A DNA stretch of 64,000 nt from Sphingomonas sp. (lineage in GTDB: Bacteria > Pseudomonadota > Alphaproteobacteria > Sphingomonadales > Sphingomonadaceae). Numbering within the stretch: the stretch's first letter is position 1; the number at the start of each line of letters is the position of its first letter. The translations under genes were made by a program, and so were the position numbers. The DNA lies in NCBI GenBank assembly GCA_019635535.1, contig JAHBZH010000001.1, positions 1,018,995 to 1,082,994 of the forward strand, in the 5' to 3' direction. This document shows, piece by piece, positions 25,284 to 34,398 of the stretch. The notes below the pieces were generated by a model that saw only the letters and a program-made list of their open reading frames with translations, did no database searches and was not told where the DNA came from.

Positions 25284-25692
25284 TCGCCCGAATCCAAATC
25301 CCGCGCCGGTGAGGGCTTGGGCTCGTCCCGGGAGAGGTTCCGGCCGAGGCCTCGCGGCCCCGGTCGGTCCCTTGGGTTCCATCTGAACGGTCTTGCGACC
25401 TTCGTCCGGTTCCCTGACCTGAAATGTCCCGAAGCATTGCTGCCTCGTCGCCTTTCAGATCGAGATCAGATCTCGGCCGAAGCTTCGACATGATCCCTTC
25501 GCGTTCCTTCCGTCCGAAGACTTCCGGTTCACCGGAGCAGCTGGAAAAGTGGGTTCGGCTTTCGCCTCGCGCTTCTTTCCGCTTCCCCGTCCAGCGCTTC
25601 TTCAGCTTTCTTCCTTGCGGAATTCCGCCATTTCCACCCTGGTCGCTTTCAGCCCTGCTCGTCCGTTGCCGGCCGATCATTCCTGACCGCGA
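25243..25692 (-). ncRNA. Candidate large structured ncRNA, copy 2 (about 450 nt); paralogue of copy 1
   Basis: GNRA and UUCG hairpins on the - strand; shared 5' motif, promoter module and terminator. Confidence 0.65.
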
Positions 25693-25698
25693 AGTTGC

Positions 25699-25777
25699 AG
25701 GCTGACTCGGTTTCCCGAGTCGCGCCAAGCGGAATCTTGCGTATCCTGCCTGTGGATAACGGGGATATCGTGGATAA
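25699..25777 (-). promoter_or_regulatory. Promoter module of large element 2
   Basis: On -: TTATCCACG-ATATCCCCG-TTATCCACA (25777-25751); GANTC at 25704, 25717, 25732; TTGGCG-N18-CAGCCT. Confidence 0.55.
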
Positions 25778-25780
25778 GAT

Positions 25781-26155
25781 TCAAGGGGCGGGCTTGGCGC
25801 CACCGTCGCCAACCGGCGGGGCGTTGCCGCCCGGCACCATGGCCGCGGCCCCCGGGACGATCTCGCGGATGCACTGCATCGTCGCGTCCTGAGCGCCGGA
25901 GCGGGAGACATCGTCGCCTTCGTTCATCAGGTCGCGGGCGCTCTTGCCCGTCATGTGCCGGTCGACGGCACATTCGCAGATCCGCTGGAAGTCAACGCCG
26001 GCGGGCGCGGCTGCGGCCCGTGAGCCCTGGACGCAGCCCTCAACCGCCTTCTCGCGATAGGATTCGCGGAAGCTGTTGTCGAACGCGCTGCCCGGGCCGC
26101 AAGCTGCGAGCAGAACGATGACGGAAACGGAGCCGATGCCGATTGCGAGACGCAT
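25781..26155 (-). CDS. Hypothetical lipoprotein with additional Cys residues
   Basis: Lipobox LAAC; C...CEC...C pattern. Confidence 0.65.
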   Translation of the reverse strand: MRLAIGIGSVSVIVLLAACGPGSAFDNSFRESYREKAVEGCVQGSRAAAAPAGVDFQRICECAVDRHMTGKSARDLMNEGDDVSRSGAQDATMQCIREIVPGAAAMVPGGNAPPVGDGGAKPAP

Positions 26156-26237
26156 GACCTTGATCCCCCTGTCGATTCAAGCGAGCCCCCCGATCCTCGC
26201 CGGACCCTTCGCTTGTAGTCGACCGGACGCGGTGATC

Positions 26238-26618
26238 CTAGAGCGGCATCAAGGCGGCGGCGATCCAGCGGCCTTCCCCGCGCAGCAGCCCCCATGCGCG
26301 CGCCGCCGCGCGGCTGTCCATTGCCTCGACGCCGATGCCCCGCACCTCCAGCGCGAGGACCAAGGCGCGGGGCGGAAAGACCGTTGCCGGACCGGTGCCG
26401 AGCAGCAGGAATTCCGGCGGCGGGGCGAGCGCGAGCAGCGGGGCGACGTCCGCCGCGCCGAGCGCGTCGAGCGGCGGCGGCGACCAGGGCAAGACCCGTT
26501 CCGGGGTCAATAGAACGCCGGCATATCTTTCGTCGCCGATCCGCAGGAGCTTTCCAGCGAAGCCCCGGACGCACGGCCCCGTCGCGGCTGGCGTCCGTTC
26601 AAACCTGGGCGCCGTCAT
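26238..26618 (-). CDS. Mth938-like domain protein
   Basis: LLLGTG, GIGVEAMDSRAAARAWGLL, IAAAL. Confidence 0.85.
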   Translation of the reverse strand: MTAPRFERTPAATGPCVRGFAGKLLRIGDERYAGVLLTPERVLPWSPPPLDALGAADVAPLLALAPPPEFLLLGTGPATVFPPRALVLALEVRGIGVEAMDSRAAARAWGLLRGEGRWIAAALMPL

Positions 26619-27576
26619 AGCCTTCGTTGCGTGCGCCCTTCTGGGCGCGGCTGACCGGATCCTTGGGCAGGAAGCTGTCCGGTGTCACTTTCAGCCAGAT
26701 CAGCCAGGGCGAGGCCACGTACATCGTCGAATAGGCGCCGACGATGACGCTGATCAGCAGCGCCGCGTTGAAGCTGAAGATCACGTCCGGCCCGAGGAAG
26801 AAGAGCGAGCCGAGCGCCAGCAGCATCGCCATGTTGGTGGCGACGGTGCGCGACAGCGTCTCGTTGATCGACAGGTTGATGAGCGCGGTCATCTCCATCT
26901 TGCGGTATTTGCGCAGATTCTCGCGGATGCGGTCGAAGATGACGATATTGTCGTTCAGCGAATAGCCGATCAGCGTCAGCAGCGCCGCGATCACGTTGAG
27001 GTCGAACTCGAGCTGGGTCAGCGCGAGGAAGCCCAGGGTGATCGTGACGTCGTGGAACAGCGAGAAGAGCGAGGCGATGCCGAACTGCCATTCGAAGCGG
27101 AACCAGATGTAGATCGACACGCCGAGCATCGCGAAGAGCAGGGCGAGCGCGCCGGCGCGCACCAGCTCGTCCGACACCTGTCCGGACACGGTTTCGACCG
27201 CGTCGATGCGCGCGCCCGGATAATTGGTCTCGATCGCCTCGCGCACGTCGCTCGCCGCCTGATTCGCCGCTTCCTCGCCGCCGTCGGGCAAAGCCATGCG
27301 GATCGAGATGTCGCGCGGGCTGCCGAATTCCTGGACGGTGGCTTCGGGATGACCGGTGTCGGCGATGCGCTGACGCAGCTCGTCGATGCGCGGCGCCTCG
27401 ACGAAGGTCACGCGGATCATCTGCCCGCCTTCGAAGTCGATGCCGAAATTGAGGCCGCGGACCACCAGCAAGGCGATCGAGGCGGCGATCAAGAGGCCGG
27501 AGATCGTGAAGGCGATCCCGCGCCAGCGCAGGAAATCGAGATTGGTGTTGTCCGGAACGAGCTTGAGCAGACGCAT
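26599..27576 (-). CDS. secF: Protein translocase subunit SecF
   Basis: GIDFEGG, FRFEWQF, IGYSLNDNIVIFDRIRE. Confidence 0.97.
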   Translation of the reverse strand: MRLLKLVPDNTNLDFLRWRGIAFTISGLLIAASIALLVVRGLNFGIDFEGGQMIRVTFVEAPRIDELRQRIADTGHPEATVQEFGSPRDISIRMALPDGGEEAANQAASDVREAIETNYPGARIDAVETVSGQVSDELVRAGALALLFAMLGVSIYIWFRFEWQFGIASLFSLFHDVTITLGFLALTQLEFDLNVIAALLTLIGYSLNDNIVIFDRIRENLRKYRKMEMTALINLSINETLSRTVATNMAMLLALGSLFFLGPDVIFSFNAALLISVIVGAYSTMYVASPWLIWLKVTPDSFLPKDPVSRAQKGARNEGYDGAQV

Positions 27577-27585
27577 GGCTTTACC

Positions 27586-29178
27586 TCACAGCACCAGTTC
27601 GCGCGGCCGCGTGCGCAGCCAGAGCGAGGCGAACATGCGGGTGACGGTCACGGCCGTGTAGACCGAGGTCACGATGCCGATCATCAGCACCACCGCGAAG
27701 CCGCGGATCGGCCCCGAGCCGAAGTAGAAGAGCAACATGCCGGCGATCACGTTGGTGATGTTGGCGTCGAAGATCGCGGAGCGCGCTTCGTTATAACCGT
27801 GCTCGACCGCCTGGACGATGTTGCGCCCTCGTCGCTGCTCCTCGCGGATGCGTTCGTTGATGATGACATTGGCGTCCACCGCGGCGCCGACGGTCAGCAC
27901 GAAGCCGGCGATGCCGGGCAATGTCAAAGTCGCGTTCATCAGCGCCATGACGCCCAGGATGATCGCCACGTTCAGGAAGATCGCGATGTTCGCGAAGATG
28001 CCGAACCGGCCATAGGTGACGAACATGTAGAGCAGCACGAGGCTGCTCCCGACGATCAGCGCGATGATGCCGAGCCGGATCGAATCGTAACCGAGATCGG
28101 GGCCGACGGTGCGCTCCTCGACCACGTTCAGCGCGACCGGCAGGCGGCCGGAGCGCAGCGAGATGGCGAGCTGGTTGGCGGTCTCGACCGTGAAGCCGCC
28201 GGAAATCTGCGCGCTGCCGCCCAGAATGGGCTCGTTGATGTTGGGCGCGGAGATGACGATGTTGTCGAGGATGATCGCGAACGGGCGGTTCACATTCTCC
28301 TGCGTCACCCGGGCGAAGCGGCGGGAGCCGGCGCCGTCGAAACGGATCGTGACGACCGGGGAGCCGTTCTGCGAATCGAAGCCCTGCTGCGCGTCGATGA
28401 TCTGGTCGCCCGAGATCATCGCCCGGCGCTGGACGGCGATGCGGCCGCCTTCGCCGGCGTCCGGATAGGGCAGGATCTGGCTGCCCACCGGCGCGCGACC
28501 GGAGGCCAACTGCTCCGGCGTCGCGCTGCCGTCGACCAGCTTGAACTCGAGCCGTGCGGTGCGCCCGATCAGCGCCTTGAGCGCCTCCGGGTCCTGAAGG
28601 CCCGGCACCTGGACGACGATCCGGTTGCTGCCCTGGCGGATGATCGTCGGCTCCAGCGTGCCCAGCGCGTTGATGCGCCGATCAACGATGTCGCGCGCGA
28701 CCTCCATCGCCTGATCGACCGCCTGGTTGAGCCCCGCCTGGGTCGGGCGCATGACGATGCGCTCGCCCACCAACTGGACCGACCAGTCCGGCTGGCCGGC
28801 GAAGCCGGCGGGCTGGCTCTGGCGCCGCGCAATATCGCGTGCCGCACCGGCCTGGGCCGGGTCGCGCACCGTGAAGCTCAATTGCTCGTCGGCGGTCGAA
28901 AGCTGGGAAATTTCGATGCGCGGGCTGGCGGTGCGCAGCTCGCGCCGCATGATCTCTTCCATCGATTCCAGCCGCTGGCGGGCGACGTCGCTGACATCCG
29001 CCTCGAGCAGCAGGTGGCTGCCGCCGGCGAGATCGAGGCCGAGATTGATTTTCGGCACCAGGATCGCCGGCATGTGCCGGGTGACGGTTTCAGGCAGGAA
29101 GGAAGGGAGCGCGTACCAGGTGCCGATCACGAGCGAAAGCGTGACCGCCCAGATCTTCCAGCGGGGAAAATCGAGCAT
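27586..29178 (-). CDS. secD: Protein translocase subunit SecD
   Basis: LGLDLAGG, IVVQVPG, TLTLPGIAG, AVDANV. Confidence 0.97.
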   Translation of the reverse strand: MLDFPRWKIWAVTLSLVIGTWYALPSFLPETVTRHMPAILVPKINLGLDLAGGSHLLLEADVSDVARQRLESMEEIMRRELRTASPRIEISQLSTADEQLSFTVRDPAQAGAARDIARRQSQPAGFAGQPDWSVQLVGERIVMRPTQAGLNQAVDQAMEVARDIVDRRINALGTLEPTIIRQGSNRIVVQVPGLQDPEALKALIGRTARLEFKLVDGSATPEQLASGRAPVGSQILPYPDAGEGGRIAVQRRAMISGDQIIDAQQGFDSQNGSPVVTIRFDGAGSRRFARVTQENVNRPFAIILDNIVISAPNINEPILGGSAQISGGFTVETANQLAISLRSGRLPVALNVVEERTVGPDLGYDSIRLGIIALIVGSSLVLLYMFVTYGRFGIFANIAIFLNVAIILGVMALMNATLTLPGIAGFVLTVGAAVDANVIINERIREEQRRGRNIVQAVEHGYNEARSAIFDANITNVIAGMLLFYFGSGPIRGFAVVLMIGIVTSVYTAVTVTRMFASLWLRTRPRELVL

Positions 29179-29184
29179 GAGGAA

Positions 29185-29526
29185 TCAGGCCTGGTCGTTG
29201 GCGGGCTTAGACCCGTGCGGCCGCACGTCGCTCAGCATCGATTTGACGACGCGCACCCGCATGCCCGTCGCGACTTCCAGCTCGATCTCGTTCTCGTCGA
29301 CCTTGGTGACCTTGCCGATCAGGCCGCCGCTGGTGACAGCCGTATCGCGCGGCTTCACCGCCATGATCATCGCCTGGTGCGTCTTCATCCGCTTCTGCTG
29401 CGGCCGGATCAGCAGGAAATAGAAGATGATGAAGATGAGGACGAGCGGGAAGATCTGCACGAAGAAGGAGGCGCCTCCTCCGGCTGCGGCGCCGCCGGTC
29501 GCGGCATAGGCTGGCGATTCGAACAT
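29185..29526 (-). CDS. yajC: Preprotein translocase subunit YajC
   Basis: FYFLLIRPQQKR, VTSGGLIG. Confidence 0.95.
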   Translation of the reverse strand: MFESPAYAATGGAAAGGGASFFVQIFPLVLIFIIFYFLLIRPQQKRMKTHQAMIMAVKPRDTAVTSGGLIGKVTKVDENEIELEVATGMRVRVVKSMLSDVRPHGSKPANDQA

Positions 29527-29677
29527 GTTGTCCTAACCTGAAATGGAGCGCGCGCGAGAAGCCGCGCGCCTTCAAAAGCGCGAGGCGACTATCATGGGGA
29601 GGGGCGATTGCCAAGGCAAGCCGCCGACCCCTGCTGTGACCGCTTGGCCACAGTCGCGCCGTCCGGCTCCGGGGCGG

Positions 29678-30142
29678 TCAGCGGGAGGGAAAGATGATCA
29701 GCGTCGAGGTGCCGTGCGCGAGCAGCTTGCCGGTGGCCGATCGCAGAAACGCCTCGGCCGTGCCGATCTGGCGGCCGCGGCTGAGCACGCGGCCTTCGCA
29801 GCGGATCGGGCCGCCCTCCGGGTCGATCGGCCGGGTGAAGTTCACCTTGGTCTCGATCGTCGTGTAGCCGATTCCCCCGCCCAGCTCGGTATGCAGCGCG
29901 CAGCCCGCCGCGCTGTCGATCAGCGTCAGCGCATAACCGCCATGGACGGAGCCGAGCGGATTGAGCAGATGCGGTCCCGGCATGCCTTCGAACATCGCCC
30001 GGCCAGGCTCGACCTCGACCAGCCGAAACCCCATCGTCGCGGAAATCGGCGGCGCCGGCAGGCGGCCGGCGATCATCGCGCGCAGCATGTCGATGCCGGC
30101 GAGGTCCCGCACCTGATCGGGGGTGGCGATGCCAGAGTTCAT
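29678..30142 (-). CDS. PaaI family thioesterase
   Basis: NPLGSVHGG, LIDSAAGCA; start uncertain (30142, 30154 or 30199). Confidence 0.88.
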   Translation of the reverse strand: MNSGIATPDQVRDLAGIDMLRAMIAGRLPAPPISATMGFRLVEVEPGRAMFEGMPGPHLLNPLGSVHGGYALTLIDSAAGCALHTELGGGIGYTTIETKVNFTRPIDPEGGPIRCEGRVLSRGRQIGTAEAFLRSATGKLLAHGTSTLIIFPSR

Positions 30143-30157
30143 GCGCGGCTCCATAAC

Positions 30158-30173
30158 TTCGTTTCGAAACGAA
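30158..30173. promoter_or_regulatory. Perfect 16-bp palindrome, putative operator
   Basis: TTCGTTTCGAAACGAA immediately upstream of the thioesterase. Confidence 0.5.
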
Positions 30174-30262
30174 ACTAGTATGGTCGGCGCTTCTGTCAAT
30201 CCCGTGCCGTGCCGCCGCGCTTGCCATCGCGGCGGTGCCCGCCTAAATGCCCGGCCTCTGGT

Positions 30263-30339
30263 CGGGGCGTAGCGCAGCCTGGTAGCGCATCACACTGGGG
30301 GTGTGGGGGTCGCTGGTTCGAATCCAGTCGCCCCGACCA
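30263..30339 (+). tRNA. tRNA-Pro(GGG)
   Basis: 77-nt cloverleaf; acceptor CGGGGCG/CGCCCCG, anticodon loop CTGGGGG, TTCGAAT, encoded CCA. Confidence 0.97.
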
Positions 30340-30351
30340 TGATCCTGGACA

Positions 30352-30921
30352 CTAGGGCGCCGCGTCGGATGTGCCTGGGGCCGCGACATAGAGCGCGACG
30401 GCGGCCGTCGCGGCGATGCCGATAGCGCCGGCGATCACGATCGGCAGCCAATTTGACTGCCGGTTGGCGCGCGGCATCGGCCTGGGTGGCATGGTGAGCG
30501 AGCGGCCGCGCACGGATTCGCCGTCGAGCAGCCGGTCCGCCGCCGTGGCCAGATAGGCGAAATGCGAGTCCAGCGGTGCGGCGACGGGCCCGATTTCGTG
30601 GGCCGCGCCGATCGCGGCGGCGAGCGCCTCGGTCGGCACGGCGTCGGAGAGCCGGAACGTCATGAGCGGCAGGCCGGCGTTGGCGGCACGTTCGGCAACC
30701 TCCCGCAAAGCGGGTGAATTGACACTCGTGCGCGACAGGATGAGCACCACGAGACGGCTGGCGCGGATCGCATCAAGCGCGGCGATATCAGGTGCCACGC
30801 TCTGCGGGTATTCGCGTGCGGCGAGCCAGCAGCGATGCCCGCCCCGCTCCAGCGCGGTGCAGGCGGCTTCGGCGACGCCTGCATCCGTTGCCGTATGACA
30901 GATCAGGATATCGTGCGACAT
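30352..30921 (-). CDS. TIR-domain protein with C-terminal TM helix
   Basis: DILICH...LERGGHRCWLA.RE...AIRASRLVVLILS....SP...RE pattern of TIR_2 domains. Confidence 0.7.
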   Translation of the reverse strand: MSHDILICHTATDAGVAEAACTALERGGHRCWLAAREYPQSVAPDIAALDAIRASRLVVLILSRTSVNSPALREVAERAANAGLPLMTFRLSDAVPTEALAAAIGAAHEIGPVAAPLDSHFAYLATAADRLLDGESVRGRSLTMPPRPMPRANRQSNWLPIVIAGAIGIAATAAVALYVAAPGTSDAAP

Positions 30922-31009
30922 TGGACGCGGCCCCCTTTCGCGCCCCGATAGCCCGAACCCGCTCATCTGGCCAACTTTCCCGGCGTGGCGCCCCGGCCTG
31001 CAGATGGGA

Positions 31010-32674
31010 TCAGATGCGAGTGAGCGGGATCGCCGTCACGTTTCCGGCCCAGAGCGCCCGGGCGCGGGCGAGATTGCGCGCCGCCGCCTCGGCTCGCCCG
31101 GTGGCCTGCTCCGCCTGCGACAGGGCATAGAGCGCCAGCGGATCGTCGGGCCAACGGGCAAGCGAGGCTTCGAGCTGGCGCCGCGCGCCGCGCGCATCGC
31201 CGCCGGCGAGCAGGGCGGCGCCAAGGCTGCGGCGCACCGAATACCAGAAGGGCGGCGGATCGTTGCCGGCGTCCATGGCGAGTTGCGCCTGCATGCCGCG
31301 CCGATAGGCGGCGGCGGCCTCGTCATAGCGCCCCGCGACCATCGCCGCGCGCCCGTCCAGGACATGGCGCAGGATTTCGATCAGAGGCGTCGCCGGCCCG
31401 AAGCTCGCCTCCGGGCCATCGAGCAAGGCGGCAATCGCCCCGGCCTCTTCCGCCACGCGCCCCGCATCGCCGAGCCGCGCATGGATCTCACCGCGCGCGT
31501 AATGGCGAAAGGCCTTGTCGGCAGCATGCTCCGGCACATCGCCGGCGAGCACGTCCTCGGGCCCGCCATGCAGTCCGTCCGCATACCAGGCGGCCCCGCC
31601 GATCAGCCGCGCCCATAGGCTGATCTCGCCGGTCATATGCGTCTCGCGATAGCGGCGGGCCATGTCGAGCGCAGTGGCGCCGTCGCCGCGGATCAGCGCG
31701 CTCTGGATGGTGAAATGCATATTGTGGCGGTCGAGCCCGGTCCGATAGGCGGAGGCCGGCGGACGCACCCGCGCGATATAGGCGCGGTCGGCGGCGATCG
31801 CCGCCACATTGGTCGCCGCCGCTTCCTCGTAGCGCCCGACGCCGTAGAAGGTGTGGGACGGCATGTGGACGAGATGGCTCGCCGCCGGCGCGATGGCGGC
31901 CAGGCGTTCGGCATAAGGCACGGCCAGATGCTGCCGGTCGATCCAGTCGGTGAGGTGGATGTAGAGGTGGATCGCGCCGCCATGGCCCGGATTGCGCGCC
32001 AGCACGCGTTCCAGCAAACGCTGTGCCGCCGGGGCGGGCCGCGCGCCGCGCTCGGCGGCGATCATATGCGCATCGGCGGCGAGCACGGCGATCATGTCGT
32101 CGTCCGGCATCCGCCGCGCCGCGCGGTCGAGGAAATCGGCATAGGCCCGGTTGGAGAAGTCCTCGCCGTCTCGGGTGCGCAGCACCGCCGCGTCGATCAG
32201 CACCCGGTCGCGCGGCGACAGCCCCTCGGCCAGCGCCAGCGCGCGTCGGGCGGCGGCGCGGGCGGCTTCTAGTTCGGGCGTGCGCGGCTGCAGGTTCAGC
32301 GTCGGCGAACGCGCCCAGGCCTCGCCGAAGAAGCACAAAGCGCAAGTCGGATCGGCTCGTTGCGCCTCGGCGAAGGCACGGATCGCCTCGGCTTCGTCGA
32401 ACGCCCAGATCAGCTGTACGCCCTGCGCGAACCAGGTGCGCGCTTCGGCGATGTCGCTGTCCGGCGCGATCCCGACATAGCCCAGCCCCTCGACCAGCAC
32501 CGGCGGCGGTGTTGCGGCGGCGGCCTCGGCCAGCGGCTCGGCGGGCAGGCAGGTGCCGGCGGTGACTGTCTCGGTCGAACGCAGGCTTGCGTCGGGTGCT
32601 GTCTGTTGAGCAATCGCCGCGCCGGCAAGCGCCGCGCCGATCAGCGCGCTCCGGCGGATCATGAAACGCAGCAT
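31010..32674 (-). CDS. Exported TPR-like protein
   Basis: Signal peptide; FAQGVQLIWAF...EAIRAF, HLYIH, HLVHMPSH; helical repeats. Confidence 0.8.
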   Translation of the reverse strand: MLRFMIRRSALIGAALAGAAIAQQTAPDASLRSTETVTAGTCLPAEPLAEAAAATPPPVLVEGLGYVGIAPDSDIAEARTWFAQGVQLIWAFDEAEAIRAFAEAQRADPTCALCFFGEAWARSPTLNLQPRTPELEAARAAARRALALAEGLSPRDRVLIDAAVLRTRDGEDFSNRAYADFLDRAARRMPDDDMIAVLAADAHMIAAERGARPAPAAQRLLERVLARNPGHGGAIHLYIHLTDWIDRQHLAVPYAERLAAIAPAASHLVHMPSHTFYGVGRYEEAAATNVAAIAADRAYIARVRPPASAYRTGLDRHNMHFTIQSALIRGDGATALDMARRYRETHMTGEISLWARLIGGAAWYADGLHGGPEDVLAGDVPEHAADKAFRHYARGEIHARLGDAGRVAEEAGAIAALLDGPEASFGPATPLIEILRHVLDGRAAMVAGRYDEAAAAYRRGMQAQLAMDAGNDPPPFWYSVRRSLGAALLAGGDARGARRQLEASLARWPDDPLALYALSQAEQATGRAEAAARNLARARALWAGNVTAIPLTRI

Positions 32675-32740
32675 GCCGTCTCCTCTTTTGACCGGAGCCT
32701 AACGTTCCAAAGCGCGGCCGAAAACCGATAAAATCTTGCG

Positions 32741-33655
32741 TCAGGCACCTTGCCGTTTGCGCATCGTCAGGATCGCCCAGTCGCCATTGTCGATCCGCGC
32801 GACGGGCATCATCCGCCGCCGGCGATAGGCGGCGGCGACGCGCGGAGCCTGTTCCTTGAGCAGGCCGGCGAGGATCAGCCGCCCGCCCGGCGCCACCGCT
32901 CCGGCCAGATCGGGTGCGAGTTCGATCAGCGGCCCGGCAAGGATGTTGGCGATGAGCAGGTCGTAGGGTGCGCGGGCGAGGAGACGGGAATGGCGCATGC
33001 CCGGCGCGACCGCCAGCTCGACCTGGCCGCGCGCCCGGCCGATCGGAATATGGTTCACCCGCGCATTGTCCGCCGCGACCTCGATCGCGACCGGATCGAT
33101 GTCGGAGGCGATGGCGCGCGCGGCAGGCCAGAGCCGGAGCGCGGCATAGGCCAGCAGCCCGGTGCCGGTGCCGATGTCGGCGGTGTTTTGGAAGTTCGCG
33201 CCGCCACGCTTCAGCCGATCGAGCGCGGCGAGGCAGCCGGCGGTGGTTTCGTGATGGCCGGTGCCGAAGGCGCGGCCGGCGTCGATCTCGAACGCGATGC
33301 CGTCCGGCGGCACCTCGCCGCGATGCGCCGGGGTGTGGACGAAGAAGCGCCCGGCGCGGATCGGCTCCAGCCCGGCCTGGCTGAGCGTCACCCAATCCTC
33401 GTCGGCAATTCGTTCGACGACCGGCTTCACGCTTCTGGCGCTGGGCACGAGGCCCGTGAGCAAGGCAAGATCGGCCTTGGCGGGCTTCGCCTCGAAATAG
33501 GCGTCCAGCCGCCACTCGTCCGGCCGCGCCGGGTCCGGCTCGCTGGTCATCAGCACCGGCGGCGCATCGAGCAGGGCGAAGGCGATGATGTCCCCTTTCA
33601 GCAGCTCGGCCTCCGCCTTGGTGCAGGGCAGGGTGACGCGCCAGCTATCTGACAA
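32741..33655 (-). CDS. prmA: Ribosomal protein L11 methyltransferase
   Basis: DWVTLSQ, AFGTGHHETT, DIGTGTG, IANILA. Confidence 0.93.
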   Translation of the reverse strand: MSDSWRVTLPCTKAEAELLKGDIIAFALLDAPPVLMTSEPDPARPDEWRLDAYFEAKPAKADLALLTGLVPSARSVKPVVERIADEDWVTLSQAGLEPIRAGRFFVHTPAHRGEVPPDGIAFEIDAGRAFGTGHHETTAGCLAALDRLKRGGANFQNTADIGTGTGLLAYAALRLWPAARAIASDIDPVAIEVAADNARVNHIPIGRARGQVELAVAPGMRHSRLLARAPYDLLIANILAGPLIELAPDLAGAVAPGGRLILAGLLKEQAPRVAAAYRRRRMMPVARIDNGDWAILTMRKRQGA

Positions 33656-34355
33656 AGCTGGCCCCGTTCACGTCGATCGCCGAGCCGGTCGCGGCCGGCG
33701 GGGCGTCGAGGGCGAGCCAGCGGATCGTTTCCGCCACTTCGTCGGCGGTGGACGGGCGGCCGATCGGCAGATCGCCCAAGGCCGCGATGCCGCCCCGGCT
33801 GGCGATATACTCGTCGACCATTCCGGTGACGGTGAAACCGGGGCAGACGGTGAAGGCGTAGATGCCTTCGGCGGCATAGGCGCGCGCGATGGTCTTGGTC
33901 ATCGCGATCATGCCGCCCTTGGACGCGGCATAATGCCAGTGGTCCGGACTGTCGCCGCGATAGCCGGCGCGGCTGGCGACATTGACGATCCGGCCGCCTT
34001 CCCCGCGCTGGCGGAAATGGAGCACCGCGAGCCGGCACAGCTCGCCGGCGGCAGTGAGGTTGACCCGCATCGTACGCTCCCACCCCGCCGCCCATTCGGG
34101 ATCGTCGGCCGCGATCGGCGCCGCCTCGAAGATGCCGGCATTGTTGATCAGCACGTCGATCCGCCCGTCGAGCGCCGCCATCGCCTCCCACCACAAGGCG
34201 CTGGCGCCCTGGGGATCGCCGAGGTCGGCGGCGATGCGTCCGTCGCCGCCCGCCGTGGAATGGCCGAGGACGCGTTGATTGGCGAGCGCCCTGACGGTCG
34301 CGGCGCCGATACCCCGGCTGCTGCCGGTGACGAGGATGTGAAGTGGTTCGCTCAT
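33645..34355 (-). CDS. SDR family oxidoreductase
   Basis: TGSSRGIG, NNAG, YAASKGG. Confidence 0.9.
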   Translation of the reverse strand: MSEPLHILVTGSSRGIGAATVRALANQRVLGHSTAGGDGRIAADLGDPQGASALWWEAMAALDGRIDVLINNAGIFEAAPIAADDPEWAAGWERTMRVNLTAAGELCRLAVLHFRQRGEGGRIVNVASRAGYRGDSPDHWHYAASKGGMIAMTKTIARAYAAEGIYAFTVCPGFTVTGMVDEYIASRGGIAALGDLPIGRPSTADEVAETIRWLALDAPPAATGSAIDVNGASFVR

Positions 34356-34398
34356 GCGCGCTGGATAGGCGCGCATGGGGGTTCGGGAAAGTCCGGTT

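Noticed and set aside
22931-25692. Group II intron, tmRNA, RNase P or CRISPR identity for the structured elements
   Set aside because: No domain V motif, tag frame, RNase P P4 signature or regularly spaced direct repeats were seen
22858-25777. DnaA-box clusters as oriC
   Set aside because: Only one perfect box per cluster, no AT-rich unwinding element, no dnaA, hemE or parAB in the window, and each cluster sits at promoter distance from an RNA-like element
25129-25911. N-terminal extension of the PRC-barrel ORF through element 2
   Set aside because: It crosses a terminator and a promoter module; AAGGAG precedes ATG 25128
30340-32700. Genomic island integrated at tRNA-Pro
   Set aside because: No integrase, no duplicated tRNA 3' end found, and codon usage looks native
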